Assembly (NCBI RefSeq): GCF_009914755.1 | Contig: NC_060926.1 | DNA from: the human T2T-CHM13v2.0 reference genome, Homo sapiens | Length of the DNA: 64,000 nucleotides | Direction: 5' to 3' (one strand) | Part shown: positions 1-14,229 of the stretch, piece by piece | Layout of the letters: each line of letters opens with the position of its first letter | How positions within the stretch are numbered: the first letter of the stretch is position 1 | The notes under the pieces: generated by a model | The model's input: only the letters and a program-made list of their open reading frames with translations | Databases searched by the model: none | What the model was told of the DNA's origin: nothing | Program-made: the position numbers and the translations under genes

Positions 1-1100
1 AGTAGTTTTATAGTTTTAGGTCTTACATTTAAGTCTTTAATCCACCTTGAGTTGATTTTTGTATATGGTGAGAGACAGGGGTCCAGTTTAATTGTTCTGC
101 ATATGGATATCCAATTTTCCCAGCATCATTTATTTAAGAAGATATCCTTTCCCCAGTTTATGTTCTTGGCATCTTTGTTGAAAATCGTTTTGCTGTACAT
201 GCATAGATTTATCTCTATGTTCTCTATTCTGTTCCATTGGTGTATGTGACTATTTTTATAGCAATACCACGCTGTGTTGCCTCCTCTACCCTTGCAATGT
301 ATCAGGTAGTGTGATGCCTCCAGCTTTGCTCTTTTTGTTCAGAATTGCTTTGGCTATTTGGGCTTCATTTTGGTTCCTTACAAACTTTAGGATTATTTTT
401 TCTATTTCTGTGATAAATAACATTGGTATTTTGAAAGGGATTGTATCGAATCTGTAGATTGCTTTGTAGTGGTCATTTTAACAATATTAATTCTTCTAAT
501 CTATAAACATGGAATGAGATACACGGAATGTCTTTTCATTTGTATGTGTCACCCTTAATTTCTTTCATTAGTGTTTTGTAGTTTTCCTTGCAGAGATCTT
601 TTACTTCCTTGGTTAAATTTAGTCCTAGGTATTTTATTTTATTTTTTGTAGCTATTGTAAATAGGATTGCCTTGTTGATTTGTTTCTCAGTTAGTTCATT
701 TATTCATGTATAGAAATGCTATTGATTTTTGTATTTTGATTTTGTATCCTGCAACGTTACTGAATGTATCTATCAGATCTAAGAGCTTTTTGGTGGAGTC
801 TCTAAGTTTCTTTAGATATAAGATCATGTCATCTGCAAAGAGGGATAATTTGACTTCTTATTTTTCAATTTGGACACCTTTTATTTCTTTCCCTTATCTG
901 ATTGCTCTGGCTAGGACTTCAGGAACTACATTGAATAAGTGTGGTGAAAGTGGACATTCGTCTCTTGTTCTAGTTCTTGGATAAAAGGCTTTTGACTTTT
1001 CCCCATGATATTAGCTGTCGTTTTGCCATATATGGCCTTTATTGTGTTGAAAATGTTCCTTCTATGCCTAGTTTGTTGAGAGTTTTTATCATGAAGGGAG
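1..1100 (-). mobile_element. Old LINE-1 ORF2 fragment (segment 3' of the LTR insertion)
   Basis: Typical antisense L1 sequence (tagattgctttg..., atcatgtcatctgcaaa, ctgattgctctggctaggac); degenerate. Confidence 0.9.
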
Positions 1101-1465
1101 TGTATTAGTCCCTTCTCATGCTGCTGTGAAGAAATACCCAAGACTAAGTAATTTATAAAGAAAAGAGGCTTAATTGACTCCTGGTTGTGCATGGCTGGGG
1201 AGACCTCAGGAAACTTACAATCATGGCAGAAGGCACCTCTTCACAGGGCAGCAGGAGAGAGAATGAGTGCAAGCAGGGGAAATGCCAGACACTTATAAAA
1301 GCATCAGCTCTCGTGAGAACTCACTCACTATCATGAGAACAGCATGAGGGCAACTGCCCCTCCAATCCAATTATCTCCCACTGGGTCCCTCCCATGACAC
1401 GTGGGGATTATGGGATTACAACTCAAGATGAGATTAGGGTAAGGACACAAAGCCAAACCATATCA
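1101..1465 (-). mobile_element. THE1-family (MaLR) solo LTR, THE1C-like, nested in the L1
   Basis: Begins tgtattagtc, ends ccaaaccatatca (reverse complement of the THE1 start TGATATGGTTTGG); contains aggaaacttacaatcatggcagaaggc. Confidence 0.9.
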
Positions 1466-2580
1466 GAGACGGATGTTAAATTTTATCCATTTTTTGGGGC
1501 ATCTATTGAGATGATCATATGGTTTGTGGCCTTCATCCTATTGATGTGATATATCACATTTATTGATTTGCATATGTTAACCCATCTTTGTATCTCTGGG
1601 ATAAGTCCCACATGATCATGGTATGTTATCTTTTTGATATGCTGTTGGATTTGATTTGCTGGTATTGTGTTGATGGTTTTTGCATCATATTCACCAGGGA
1701 TATTGGTCTGTAGTTTTGTTGTTGTTGTTGTTACATCTTTGTCTGGTTTTGGTATCAGGGTAATGCTGGCCTCATAAAATGAGCTAGGGAGAATTCCCTC
1801 CTCTTCAATTTTTTGAAATAGTTTGAGGAGAATTGGTGTTAGTTTGGTAGAGTTTGGCGGTGAAGCCATCCAGTCCTGGGCTTTTCTTGGTTGGGAGAGA
1901 CTTTTCATTATGAATTCAATCTCATTACTCATTACTGGCCTGTTCACATTTTCTATTTCAATCATGGTAGGTTGTACGTGTCCAGGAATTTATGCACTTC
2001 CACTAGGTTTTCCAGTTTGTTAGTTATTCATAATAGTCTCTGATGATCATCTAATCAAATGTATTATTTTGAAAAATAATTTTGAGACTCATTTCTGTGA
2101 TATCAATTGCAATGTCTCTTTTTGTTTCTAATTTTGTTTATTGGGTCTTCTCTTTTTTTTCTTGGTTAGTCTAGCTAGTTTATTGATTTTGTTTATCTCT
2201 TCAAAAAAGCCAGTTTTTTGTTTGATTGATCCTTTGTATTTTGTAAATTTCTATTTTGTTTAGGTCTGCTCTGATCTTTGCTATCTATTTCCTTCTATTA
2301 ATTTTGGGTTTGGTTTGCTCTTGCCTTTCTTGAGGTACACCATTAGATTGTTTAGTTGAAATCTTTCTACTTTTTTGACGCAGGTGTTTACTGCTATAAA
2401 CGTTCCTCTTAGCACTGCTTTTGTTGTATCCCATAGATTTTGGTATGCTGTGTTTTGATTTTCGTTTGTTTTAAGAAATTTTTTAATTTCCTCCTTAATT
2501 TCTTTTTTGGCCCAATGGTTATTCAGAAGTATGCTGTTTAATTTCCACATATTGGTACAGTTTCCAAAGTTCCTCTCTAC
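1466..2580 (-). mobile_element. Old LINE-1 ORF2 fragment (post-endonuclease to RT start), 5'-truncated
   Basis: Minus-strand ORFs read [34 protein letters not shown] and [14 protein letters not shown], which are L1 ORF2p signatures; frameshifted. Confidence 0.92.
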
Positions 2581-5506
2581 AAGAAAATCTTTGAAATATT
2601 CTGATTTTTGAGAATGTTGCATGACAAATAATGGCAACTTGTCCTTACTTAGATAGCAGTTGGTTAGTTGGTTTATTTAACTTAGTTCCCAGTGGAACTA
2701 GTGGAAACAACATTCAGTGGTTCTCCCCACCTAAGTACACCCTATCTTCTTGTGCCTGAAAGAGATCTGACACAGCAATAGACAAGTTATCAACCAGTAG
2801 TGTTACTCTTACTATCCATATAGGGCATGCCTGGGCCCATCCCGCCGGTGCTCACTGGCAGTCTGTGTGTCTAGGTATGTCTATGCTTACAGATACACTA
2901 AAGGAGGAGTTGTTTCTTTGCCTGGCCTCAACTATGCCCCAGGAGCAATTAGGTTCTTAGTAAATGCTGTTGTAGGGTAACATGTTTTTACTACAGTGAT
3001 AAATATATATATATATTTTTTAATCAACATCCTGGTGACAGACCCCATGTTGGCCAGCTGATGCTAATTTGTGGTATGTTGCAAGATTTATTTTGTAATC
3101 TATTCCTAAGTTCTTTTGTAGACACTTGAGTAAATAAACCATGTGGAAGAAAGGTAGGAAGAGCTGGAGTTTGGAGTCTGAATGTAGCCCTCTGGTGAGA
3201 GTACAGAACTTGGTGTCAGAAGTTTAGAGTTTAATTTCCTGCTCAGCCAACAACTCTTTGTGTGACAAATAAACTGACATCCCCGTACCCGTAGGCAGAA
3301 AGACTGTCTAAACAACTCTAGAGCAGGGGGATCTGTTTATTTTGCAATTAGCAAAAGGTAAAGGGTCTTGTCTGAAACACTTAGTTAGGATCCCAGACTT
3401 GACACTCTTTCCACTGGCTGTGCGTGCCTCCTTCTTTAAACAAACCTCCCACCATCACCTTTTGAAAGATTCTGAGAATTTAAAAAATTCTAACAAATAC
3501 CACAGCAGCATTTGTTCAAATTGACTTTTAAAAATCACTTTCATTGGATCTAGGGTTTCTTCTAACATGTTACCCTTGGAAATGAAGGATCAAGATATGA
3601 AAGCCATCGTAACAGTATTTCTGATGGAATCGCCCTGGTGAGGATTTTTTAAATAGTAGCAGAGGAGGCTTTGATTTCTTCCCATGACAATGTTGCAAAT
3701 GAGCCTAAATACAGCTTTGCATTTGTTTAACTGAAAGCTGCCATTTCTCAGTGTCAGTTGGGCGTTGTATCTCAGAATGACAAGTGCTGTTAACTTCAGC
3801 TACCAAAAAAAAATTACCAATCTTAGCATATCTTCACCAGAGTATAATTGTTAAAATGATTCTATGAGAGATTCTGCAAGAAAAAAAATGTACAAAAATC
3901 GGAATTACTTGGGGAAATGGATGGGATGGATTTGCATTTGATATGACTTACAGTTGGCAAGGTGAAGAAAAGCATAAATACATTGAATTTCCCTGACCTG
4001 GGCAAATTCATCACTAATAACAGGAGTAATAATAACGACAATACAAATAAAGACCATAGAATGATACAAAGGCCTTTCAAAGATTTTTACACGTTTTTGT
4101 CTAAATAATAGTTTCAGAACCAATTTCAAGCAAATATACTTAATTCCATGTCAAACTAAACTTACAGGGTTGATCAGTTCTGGAGCCCTTAGTCATGTTA
4201 AAAATTTGGGCTCCCTTCAAATAGTGCCTTTTTTAGATTATTTACATTTTGATTCACAAAAATGTGATTTTCTATGTCATATCTCAAAAGTACAGTTTTG
4301 CATAAGCCAAGGTGCCCCTTAATGGAAACATGACTGTGTTATTGGTGCCTTCTGGATGAGCAGTTGCCTTTCATCTAGGGTGCCGGTTTACTGATGCTGC
4401 TTCTTCGTATACATGTGTCTGCCCCATTGGGGAAGGTGGGAGGGAATGGATTTAGAAGATTGGGTATAGCGCTGCTAAACTCTAAGTCAATTTGCCTGAC
4501 CATGTGTTTTCAGGCAATTAAGGAAATACACTTGAAAGTTAACTCATAGGAATGTGCATTGGGCACTGAGCACGGTCCATTTACTCATTTCTTTCTTAAG
4601 GATGATGTATCATTGATTCCTCAGTGGGATCTCCTTGGTCTGGTTCTCCCATCCCAATGGATGTCAACAAGGCTTCCTGGAAAGGAAGGATGGAAGACTT
4701 GGGTCATCTATTCTCTAATCAAATGTATAATTAAAAAAATAATTTTGAGACTGAGAAGCCTACTACTTAAGCCGTAACTAAGGAACAAGTCTGCATTAAA
4801 GTAAAATTACTGGCATGCTAAAAAAAGGTGGCTTAAGAAATTAAAACTCGCAAGGTCAGGGGAATTTTTAGGGAGGCAGAATTATCTGGGTCCTCAAGGA
4901 AAAGAAATAGAAAAATTTCTGCACTAATTCTTTTATTTCTTTAAACAGTCTAGAGGTTTATTGAATTACAGTTATAAGTAAGAAAAAAGCAGTTTGCCTT
5001 TCTTGGGGAAGAATATTTTAAGCTCTTATTTTTTTTCTTTTAATATTAACAGAGTTTCTGAGAATTCTAAGGAAAGGCTTTTCCTAGTATCACAAAAAGA
5101 AAGGGCAATAAAGTTTTGAATTTGGTTTATATGGCTGGCATTTAGGAAGATATAGTAAATTATTCTGATGCATTGACTGGTAAGTTTTTTGGTGATTCGT
5201 ATCAGGTTGCTGTATTTATTTTAAGACCTAGTGTATAAATCTCATTTCCATTAATTCAAAAAACATTTATCAAGCACCAATCATGTACCTGAAACTGAGT
5301 TAAACACGGCAATTCTCTGATGAGAGCAATACTACCATTTATTTAATGATAAGTAAAATCAAATAAAAACTATGCTACATTAGGCCCTTGCTATAAAAAT
5401 TTAATAGAATCAGAGTTGGAAAGCTTAAAAATATTTTAGAGGTCATCTAATCTATGACAACTCATACACACAAAAGTATATTTTACATGGGACCCAGAAC
5501 AGTTGT

Positions 5507-5586
5507 GTATGTTTATATGTATATTTTACATATATATATCCTTTTATATACATATTATATATGTATGGATATATATATGTATGTAC
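5507..5586. repeat. (TA)n-rich low-complexity tract
   Basis: Interrupted tatatata and tgtatata runs. Confidence 0.7.
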
Positions 5587-6351
5587 AAACCAGTTTCATG
5601 AAACAATACATACTCTTATTCTGATTTATTACATTAAAAATGCTGATCACAATTCTCTAAATTGGTTTTATAACCCATTAACGAATGGCAGTCTGAACTC
5701 TGAAAAACACTAATGTGACACAACAGCATGACCCCTTATCTTAAAGATGAGATTGAGCCTGAGCCAGGTTACTTGCTTACATTAGAGCCTTGGTTAGTGG
5801 AAGGGCTAAACCAGATTTCCTGACTGCTGGTTTCCTGGTCTATCACATTATCTTATTTTCTTCTTAGAACTCATTATCACCATCTGAAATGATCCTGCTC
5901 ATTGCTGTCCTGAGTGTTATCTGTCTCTCCCTTAAGGAAGTGAAGCTCCTGAGAACAGCCACCTTCACAGATGTACTGGCTGTTATTCCACTCATGCAGA
6001 GCTTGGCATATAGCATATGTTCCATACATTTTTTTTTTTTTTTAACAAGGAGGGCTGTAGATTCGACCCTGCTTTCTATCAAGTGTAGATTCGATTGAAT
6101 AGTTTGGTAGGGTCATTGCTGTGGAATAACAACCTGCCTTTTATGAGGGAGGAAAAAGAAGATGAAACGATGTAGCCAAGGCGCACACAGCATCAACACA
6201 AAAGCCAGAACCGGAGTCTAGGTCTCTTGACCCCTGTTGAGGGCCATGAGTTCCCTATGATATGTTGTCTTATATTTTTAGTCTAATAATATTATTAAGT
6301 TGACTTGCCCCAGAATACTCCTCTCCCCTAAAGTGTAACTCTTTCATTTTC

Positions 6352-6656
<305 letters not shown>

Positions 6657-9600
6657 AACTCTTCCATTTTCTAAGGAGTAAGGGAGCTCAGTGTTGGAGA
6701 AGCCACACTATTTATGAGAATACTGTCAGTCAAATACAGCAAGAGGAACACATACTTCCAGGTGTGTTGAAAGGTCAAAAATTACATTTATTCCTTCTAA
6801 GTTATAATCAAATGAAATGAGAAATCAAATGGGAAATGTTTTCACATCCTAGATCCTTGCCAAATTCTAGCAAAGAAACACAAAGTCAAGTAAATATGTA
6901 ATTTAACTTTAGGGTACTTTTTAAAGGGAAGCAAATTGCTTCTGGTCAGAGATTTTTGTTTGGACAAGTTTCCAGTATGAATTTTAAAACAGTTTAGAAA
7001 CTCAACTCTGGGAATCCATGTCACAGAAAAAGGGAATGAGAGAGAGAGAGGTGGGATTAGAGACAGCTTCTCACTTTAAGCTACAGGAGAAACCTCACAT
7101 TCTGGAAAATGACCACTGTTCAAAATAGGTCAAATTGCAATTTACCGTAATTCATCAAAACTCTAATGGCCACTGGAGAAAGCCCCAGTTTGATCTGGCC
7201 CAGGACTTAAGGGTTCCTTAGGGCAGGTGCACCCCAGGCTTTTTCTTTATAACCCCAGCATACCCAAAGTAGACTCTACCCATCTTGGATCTTCAGTAAA
7301 TATATGAGTCTAACAAATGTGACCAAGAGCTGGTGCCTTTGATCCTAAAATAAAAGTTTTCACTGAATTTTGATGAGTAGCATTGGGCATAGAGTTTGGG
7401 GCAGCTTGGGGAGTATTCTACCTTCTGAATCAGATTCAGCAAATAATAAATGGAGGCATATGGTCCATGCTTTATCTGGTGACTCTAGACCAGAGTTTCC
7501 TAAAATTGTTGTCACTTTTTTAAAGGTGGGGAGGGAAAGTTTGGATTAGAAAGAGAGAAGAGGTTACTAGCTGAAAGTGATCATATTTATTGTGCTCTAG
7601 AAACGATTTCCCATTTAATATTATTCCAGCATAAATGTTGCCCCTGCATTCCATCCACAATGCAAAACATCAGGGAACAAGCTCCCATGAGAGCTTGTTT
7701 CTGCTTAATGTACCCTGGGGGAAAGCCTAGAAAACATTAAAGCAGTAGCTAGGCGCTTTAATGAAGTTAGCCTGCTGAAACCAGGGGAGGTATGCCCGAA
7801 GTACACCTGAAAGCACTTTGATTATCGCATCGGCTTCAAAAGAAGCCCCTTCCTTCGTTTTTTAGCTCTGCTGCCCTGAGAAATAGAATTACACCTTTAT
7901 ATTCAGGTTAATTTTGCTGTCTTGCTGAGGCCTGAAAGCATTTCTAAGCACTCTGAAGATGTAAGGGAAGCGGGCTGTTCCTCTCCATCCTGCCCGCCAC
8001 GTCGCAAGCCCAAATGGACAGAGGGTGCTCAGAACCCTTCAGTTTGAAGCATGTCCTAAGAATGTAAAGTCCAGCACAATAAATGCCTTCCAGTTCTGAA
8101 AAAGATAACTTCCTACTTTCTGCTAACATTGAGTCAATCGGGTTCCACAGGTTTGCTTTAAAAAAAAACAAATCAAACCAAAACAAAACAAAACCTCAGA
8201 TAATCCCTGGCCTTCATAAGCTATCCCTCCCCTAACACACACGCTGCCTTTAGCTTTTTAATATCATCACCTCGCTCTCCATTTCCTTTTGTTTTATAAT
8301 GCTTGTGTTTCTTTCTTTCTTCGTCTTCCTCTTTTTTCCATTTTTCTCTTTGGCTGGTCTCTCTGCTTAGCATTCCTTTCATTTCCTTTTGCATCTCTCT
8401 TCCTCTAGGATTTTAGTTCCTCGTTTCTGCTTGTTGTTTCCTTTTCTGGTCACAGCTGCCCCCTAATGGTTTTCAAGATCATTACTGCTTTGGACTAGAG
8501 GAAAGAGGGAGGCAAAGAGCTAGAGAAGGAAAGTTAGAGAGAAACATAAAATGTGTCTTTGCTTTTAACTTTGCCATATCGTCTCAATATCTCTGGAAGA
8601 ATATGCAAAACCTGCATCAATGGGGAAGAAGTGAACTGGAAAACTAAGGGACAGGTGTGAAGTTTGTACAGGATACTTTTTCGTGTAATTTGAATTTTTA
8701 AAAGATGTGTACTACTTATTTTCTTTTTTATTTAATTTTGAAATAAATAAATAGTATCTGAGTCTGGAGACTGAAAAGGAGACTGCCTCTATAAATGATT
8801 TCTTGGTTGCAGCAGGAAAGCAAGCGCCATGCCAGCCCCCTCCCCATCAGTGTGCTCATCCAGATACTAAGGGTTGATTGGCAGCTCAGTAAACTATGTA
8901 GGAGTAAATATGACGGAGGAGAGTGGGAACTAATGACTATGGTGGGTGTGAATTAACCCACCCTGGAGTCTCCTCAATAGCAAAAGGTCAGCTCCCTGAC
9001 TACTGCCTTTCCATCAAGACTTTCACGCTCAAATTAGCAGCTATTGCCATCATAATGTAACAATCACCTGACATGTAGATGTCTAATTAAGGCACCATAA
9101 GTCACAGGTTACAAATTTGAAAACAGCAATAGCAACAATAAAAAAATCCCTTACAAATCTGTGGGGGATTTGATAGGGTACATATGCATGTGAATGAAGG
9201 CAAGGTAATGTGCACTAGTGGGTGGAAGATTCAAGTTTCCAAGAAAATTCATCTATGAATTTAGTAAGAGAATGGGAATTTTCTCTTCAAAATATTTCTG
9301 AATGATTAAAAATTTCATATCGTAGCCCTAAAATATCCAATTGCATAACCTATAAGTGCTATGACGTTACAAATACATTCTTGGCCTTTGGTTGTGATTG
9401 CCAAGTGGAATCTGTATTTTTTATGATAGGCTAGAAAAAGCCTTGTTGAAAAATATCTCCTCAAAAAGCCCTGCCAAGATGCCTGACATACTCATTAGCA
9501 CTCGCTGTTTGGGAAAAGTACCCAATGCAAATACTATGATGATGGAATATCCACTGAAGCCCCATCCATGCATTAACAGTTTAAGGATAAAAGAGCATTA

Positions 9601-10194
9601 ATTTCAACTTGCTTAGGTTGGCCTACAGAATTCAGACTAAAGCCAGTTTTAAATCCATGAGTGAGAATGCGATCAGGAAAGAGTCATAGCCAAAACTCAA
9701 AACCAGATAAGGTTAAAAATCATTCAAGTCAACCCATCATTCTGTAGGTGAGAAAAGTGGTTCCAAATTGGTTAACAGAATTTTCAAGGACACCCAAGTA
9801 GAGACTGAAGGTCCAGCTGCCCTGTCCTCAAGGCTTCTGCTGCCCCCACCTGCTTCTCCGCGGTGGTCTCCACTGACGAGTGGAGTTGAGGCCCGAAGCT
9901 GGGAGAGCATCATAAAGACCCTGACTCCTGGTGAGTGCTCTGGGAAAGTCATCCAAGAGAGCGTAGAAAGAACATGGGATGATAGACAATAATATGAATA
10001 TAAGCTAGCTCTTCTCTTCCTTAACCAAACAGACAGTGAGCATTTTCAAATGCTGCCTTGGTAATCAGAACTTCTGCTGATACTGGGGTTCCTTTCTTGG
10101 CAAACAAGTATGGTAACCACAGAGATTGATAAGGGTGTGAATTTCTATGGGTTTCTATGGGAATTATTCAGCTCTGGTCTTTTGATTCTGAGGC

Positions 10195-10372
10195 TGAGTT
10201 GTCCAACATGGTAGCTGGTAAGCACATGCGGCAATTTACATTTAAATGAATAAAATTAAATACAACCTACAGTTCAGTGACTCACTCACACTAGCCACAT
10301 TTCCAGTGCGCAGTAGCCATGTGAACAGCACAGAGACCACCGTCCTTGCAGAAGATTTAATGGAGAGTGCTG
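10195..10372 (-). mobile_element. MER3-like hAT-Charlie DNA transposon relic
   Basis: tgtccaacatggtagc...ctagccacatttccagtg...tggagagtgctg resembles the MER3 consensus from memory. Confidence 0.65.
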
Positions 10373-11594
10373 TTTTAAGGGAGAGGGTTGACTGGGTCTT
10401 TTTGATACGCTTATTGCCTCAAAGGTAGAAAAATTAATGTAGCATAGGAAGATCAGACTCATGCTAAAGCCAGGCAGACTGGAAGAAGCAATAGGGCTTC
10501 TTTAGGTTCTTTTTCCAAGGATTCCAGGGAGGTCTGAATGAATTTTGCACATTTTGCTGCTGCTTTTTAAATTTTGTCTCATAAGGGCCCCTCCTACCAG
10601 ATCCAGTGTTTGTGTCTGAGGAAGAAATGAGATATACACCCAGTATGGAGTGAAGGAGATTTCAATACTTTATGGAAATCTGTAAGGATTCCAGAAACCC
10701 ACCAAATAGAATATACTAGAAATATCAATTTAGAATAGAAATGTCAAATAGAAACTACTGGGCAATATTCAAGTGTGCTGGAAAAAAAAAAAGTTGATTG
10801 TTTAAAAGGCGAGTAAGAAAAAAAAAAAAACCCTTAGTGACCAGAAACCTGGACTTTGACATCAAACAAAAGAGAGAATAATAAATTAGGACCTATTCCA
10901 TTTTAACTGAAGCTTTGCTTCTGAGACAGATGTAGCTAAACCTTAACTAGGGCAGTGTGTTAAATTACAGATTAAGATGCAATTATGCCTTAGATCTTTC
11001 CTTTTCAGGGTGAGAGCTTATTGATGTTAGGGCTCCGATAAGGGGAAGCACCATGTGACACGTGATATCTATTGTGGAAGCATGAAACTTCTGGAGCTTT
11101 TAGATCCTGTGTTCCCGAGAGGCAAGACCTAAATCTCTGTCTTGCTCGCATACCTCTGGCATAGTCATGCATCCATGAACATTTCGTAAGTACAGTGGGA
11201 TGAACACAGATGGAAAAGCATACCTGAAACGAACCTCTAGTAACCACCAATGGTTGAGTGGGCTGGTGATGAAAGGTCTGGCTCCAGCTCATAAACCCAT
11301 CAGCCGCTACTTTGAACATGTCCCTGCAAAGCTCCTGCCTGCATGAGGCGAGGCTTTTGGTGTTTTCAAATTGGCTCTCTGCAGTTGCTGCTAAAGGTCA
11401 CAGGTAAATCTGGGAATTCCACCACTGCAGCATTTTCGAGAACTTGTTCTTGGTGGTTTTTCCAAGAAACCTGAAACATCTGCCCCATATTGAAAAGTAC
11501 CCAGAGAGGAAATGTGAAGGAATGCTTGTCCAGGTTTCCTTCAACGGAAGAGCATTTATGGAAGGCTGTGTGTAAATAGAACACATCAGATCAG

Positions 11595-11782
11595 AAGTTC
11601 CCAACTACTGGTCTGTGGAGGCTTTGCATCAGAATCACCTAAGATGTGTGTTAAAAATACAGATTCCCAAAGACCACTCCAGACCCAAGGAATTTCACCT
11701 GCAGGAAAATGGTTCCCAGGAATCAGAATTTTTAACACTTCCTCCAGGTGATGCTGATATACCCTAAGGTTTGGGACTGTCT
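11595..11782. mobile_element. MER5A-like hAT-Charlie relic
   Basis: catcagaatcacct...aaatacagattccc...ccaggaatc...tttaac...ccaggtgatgctgat...aaggtttg pattern. Confidence 0.7.
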
Positions 11783-12490
11783 AGCTGGGAACACTTAACT
11801 TTCCACAGGGGTGTGGCTTGGTAACAGCTTTCTCTTAGCATCATTTACCAACCTGTTTCATGTTCCCCCACATCCCTTCCCGTCAAAGGAATGGAATGTG
11901 GAGTGGATTATCTAGTATTATTTTACAACTAAGGATAATGACATGAAACATCCTAGGTGAGTCAGTGATGTGGCCAGGAATCTCAGCTTCGCTAATTAGC
12001 TGTTATCTAGTCAGCTCAGTGTTTTTGATCACAAACCCGATTTTTGACACTGGCCTTTAGGTAGGCAGGCTTCCCTATGGGCCAGGGATGTGGACTCACA
12101 AAATACTGAAAAGCACGGTGCCTACCTAGCTCTTTACCACTATACCTCTGGTGGAAACCAGACCAACTGCAGTCAAACCCTGAGATCCCAGTCTAGAGGG
12201 AAACAAGACTGGCAGGTCTGAGCCAGTCCCAGTGTGAAGAATTTCCCTAAAGATTTGTTTTCCATGTGGCACATGTGAGATTTGTGTTTAGCTCCCAAGA
12301 GTCCTTGGAAGTCTTAGGTTAAAACAATTCTAAGCCCTCTCTGGGCCGGTGGGGTCTTGTTCAGAGTAGGCTGGGGAGAGATCGGCCTCACTCTGAATCT
12401 TCCCTGGTCTGATAAAGCACTTTGAACTCCTTGGAATTAAAAGCACCACCAGAAGTGTGACCCTGGGTGGTGTTACCATTATTTATTGAG

Positions 12491-12506
12491 TGCTGCCCCC
12501 TAGAGG
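12491..12506 (-). promoter_or_regulatory. Candidate CTCF site
   Basis: Reverse complement CCTCTAGGGGGCAGCA closely matches the CTCF core CC(A/G)(C/G)(C/T)AG(A/G)(G/T)GGC(A/G)(C/G); motif match only. Confidence 0.55.
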
Positions 12507-13204
12507 ATTGAAAAATGGTCTGGCCGCTTGAGTCCCCAGGGATGGAAACGTGAGACTCACTCTCTGTCCAACTGCAGGAAATGAGGCCTTCACTCAAGGG
12601 GAGTGGGAAGTCTTGCAGCCCTGGTACAGAGGACTCCCAGGAAGTAAGTGAGCGTCCCCTGTAGGACACCGCTGAAAAATGAAAAGTTACAGTGTAGGCA
12701 ACCAGGCCAGGAACAAAACTGATTCTTACTTTTCTCTACTCTGGAAGCAGCCTGATGGGGACCTTCATCCCTGAGACCCCAAGACCAGAAGTCCAGGGTT
12801 GTCATTCTTATGGTTCTCCAGTGGGCTTAGGTTTACCTTTTCTCTCTTCTTTCCCCCTTTCACAGTGCCCTTCACCTAAACCCTGGCTACATTATTCTCA
12901 CAAACAGGAGTCTCCCACATTGGGCACTGGCAAAAATGGTTTGGCATGCCTGGTGAGTGGTGGGGAGAGGTGATATTAAATGGCCCTCTCTATTCAGGGA
13001 CTGTCACTACAGATAGCGTTCTTTGTCCTTAGATTAGCATCTTGGCAATGACATAAACCGGGATCTCTGCTTAAGGTTAATAATCCAAACTACTCTTTTA
13101 CTTTGTTAAATATTTAAGGCTTGGAGTCATTCTTTACAATTGAGCTTTAAAGAGGAGAATGTAAATCTGGAGTTTTTAATAATGTGGATGTGCTCTCAAG
13201 CCTA

Positions 13205-13272
13205 GAAAGGAAGGAAGAAGGAAGGAAAGGAGGGAGGAAGAGGAAGGAGGGAGGCAAAGAGGGAATGAAAGG
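13205..13272 (+). repeat. Polypurine (GGAA/GGAG)n tract
   Basis: agaaaggaaggaagaaggaaggaaaggagggaggaagaggaaggagggagg. Confidence 0.8.
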
Positions 13273-14229
13273 TAGCATTTAGGCTAGCCAAGAGACATGC
13301 TCCCTGGAAGAACTCAGAGGCCTCTGTGCTGTGCCTTTCCCAACCAGGCATCTGAGATTAACAGTGTGATACTCAGCCTGTGGATTTCCACTCTAAAATC
13401 CCGCCCCACCCCCCAACACAGCTTGGCTCAACTATTTGCAAATCACTTCTGATTCAATTTTGTTTTGGTTATCTCAGTGTAAATAACAGTTAAGTGGGAG
13501 TTACAGATTTTTCAAACACTAAAAGTGATAAAGCTAATGGGCAAGTCCAGATAAGGAGGGAAACCACCCAGAAGAATCCACAAGTACAAGCCAAGAAGAA
13601 AATGGGTAGTCAGGTGTGTGTTTCTCGTCACCGAAACTGTATTTTTCTTAATCTACAGAAAATTTTACTTTCTTAATTTAAAAAAAATCTTAATCTGTAA
13701 ATATTTTTCTGAATTTTCTTATTTTTCATATACCTCTTTTGTGGCAGAAAAGGTGTACATGTGCAGGGTGTAATTTAGGCTGTTTCTGTTGCAGTCTTTA
13801 TGATAATGTAGTAATAGGTGTCTGGTGAAGCAAGACAGTTTGGAATCCACAAAGCCATCCTCAGAAACAAAGATACAAGTGTTTCCCCAACTGTTAGCTT
13901 GCAGTTCCCTCTAAACAGTTTTCACGCCTCCATTTAAAAATAGTTGGCATAATGATGTTTTCTTTCTCTAGGCTTTGTGACCACGTTTCCATGGGGGAAA
14001 ATGTGAATAGACGTAGTTACAGTAGCATTTGGATGAGACGCCTTCAAGCACCTATACTTTTTCGGGGGAACTTGATGGAATCCAATTTAATTACCTGAAG
14101 AAATTATTTGCTGAAGAAAGTCTTTCCTCTTTTTAGGGTAGTTACAGTTAAAGGCGCAGGGGTAACGAAATCCTAACCCAGAGAGGAGCAGAGCATGTTT
14201 GGGACATAACAAAGGATCTGAGTAGTAAA

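Noticed and set aside
1190-1204. Possible PRDM9 hotspot motif in the THE1 LTR
   Set aside because: Reads TCTCCCCAGCCAT on the minus strand and misses key positions of CCnCCnTnnCCnC.
1483-2637. ORFs with reverse-transcriptase-like sequence
   Set aside because: Broken remnants of LINE-1 ORF2, not an intact or novel RT system.
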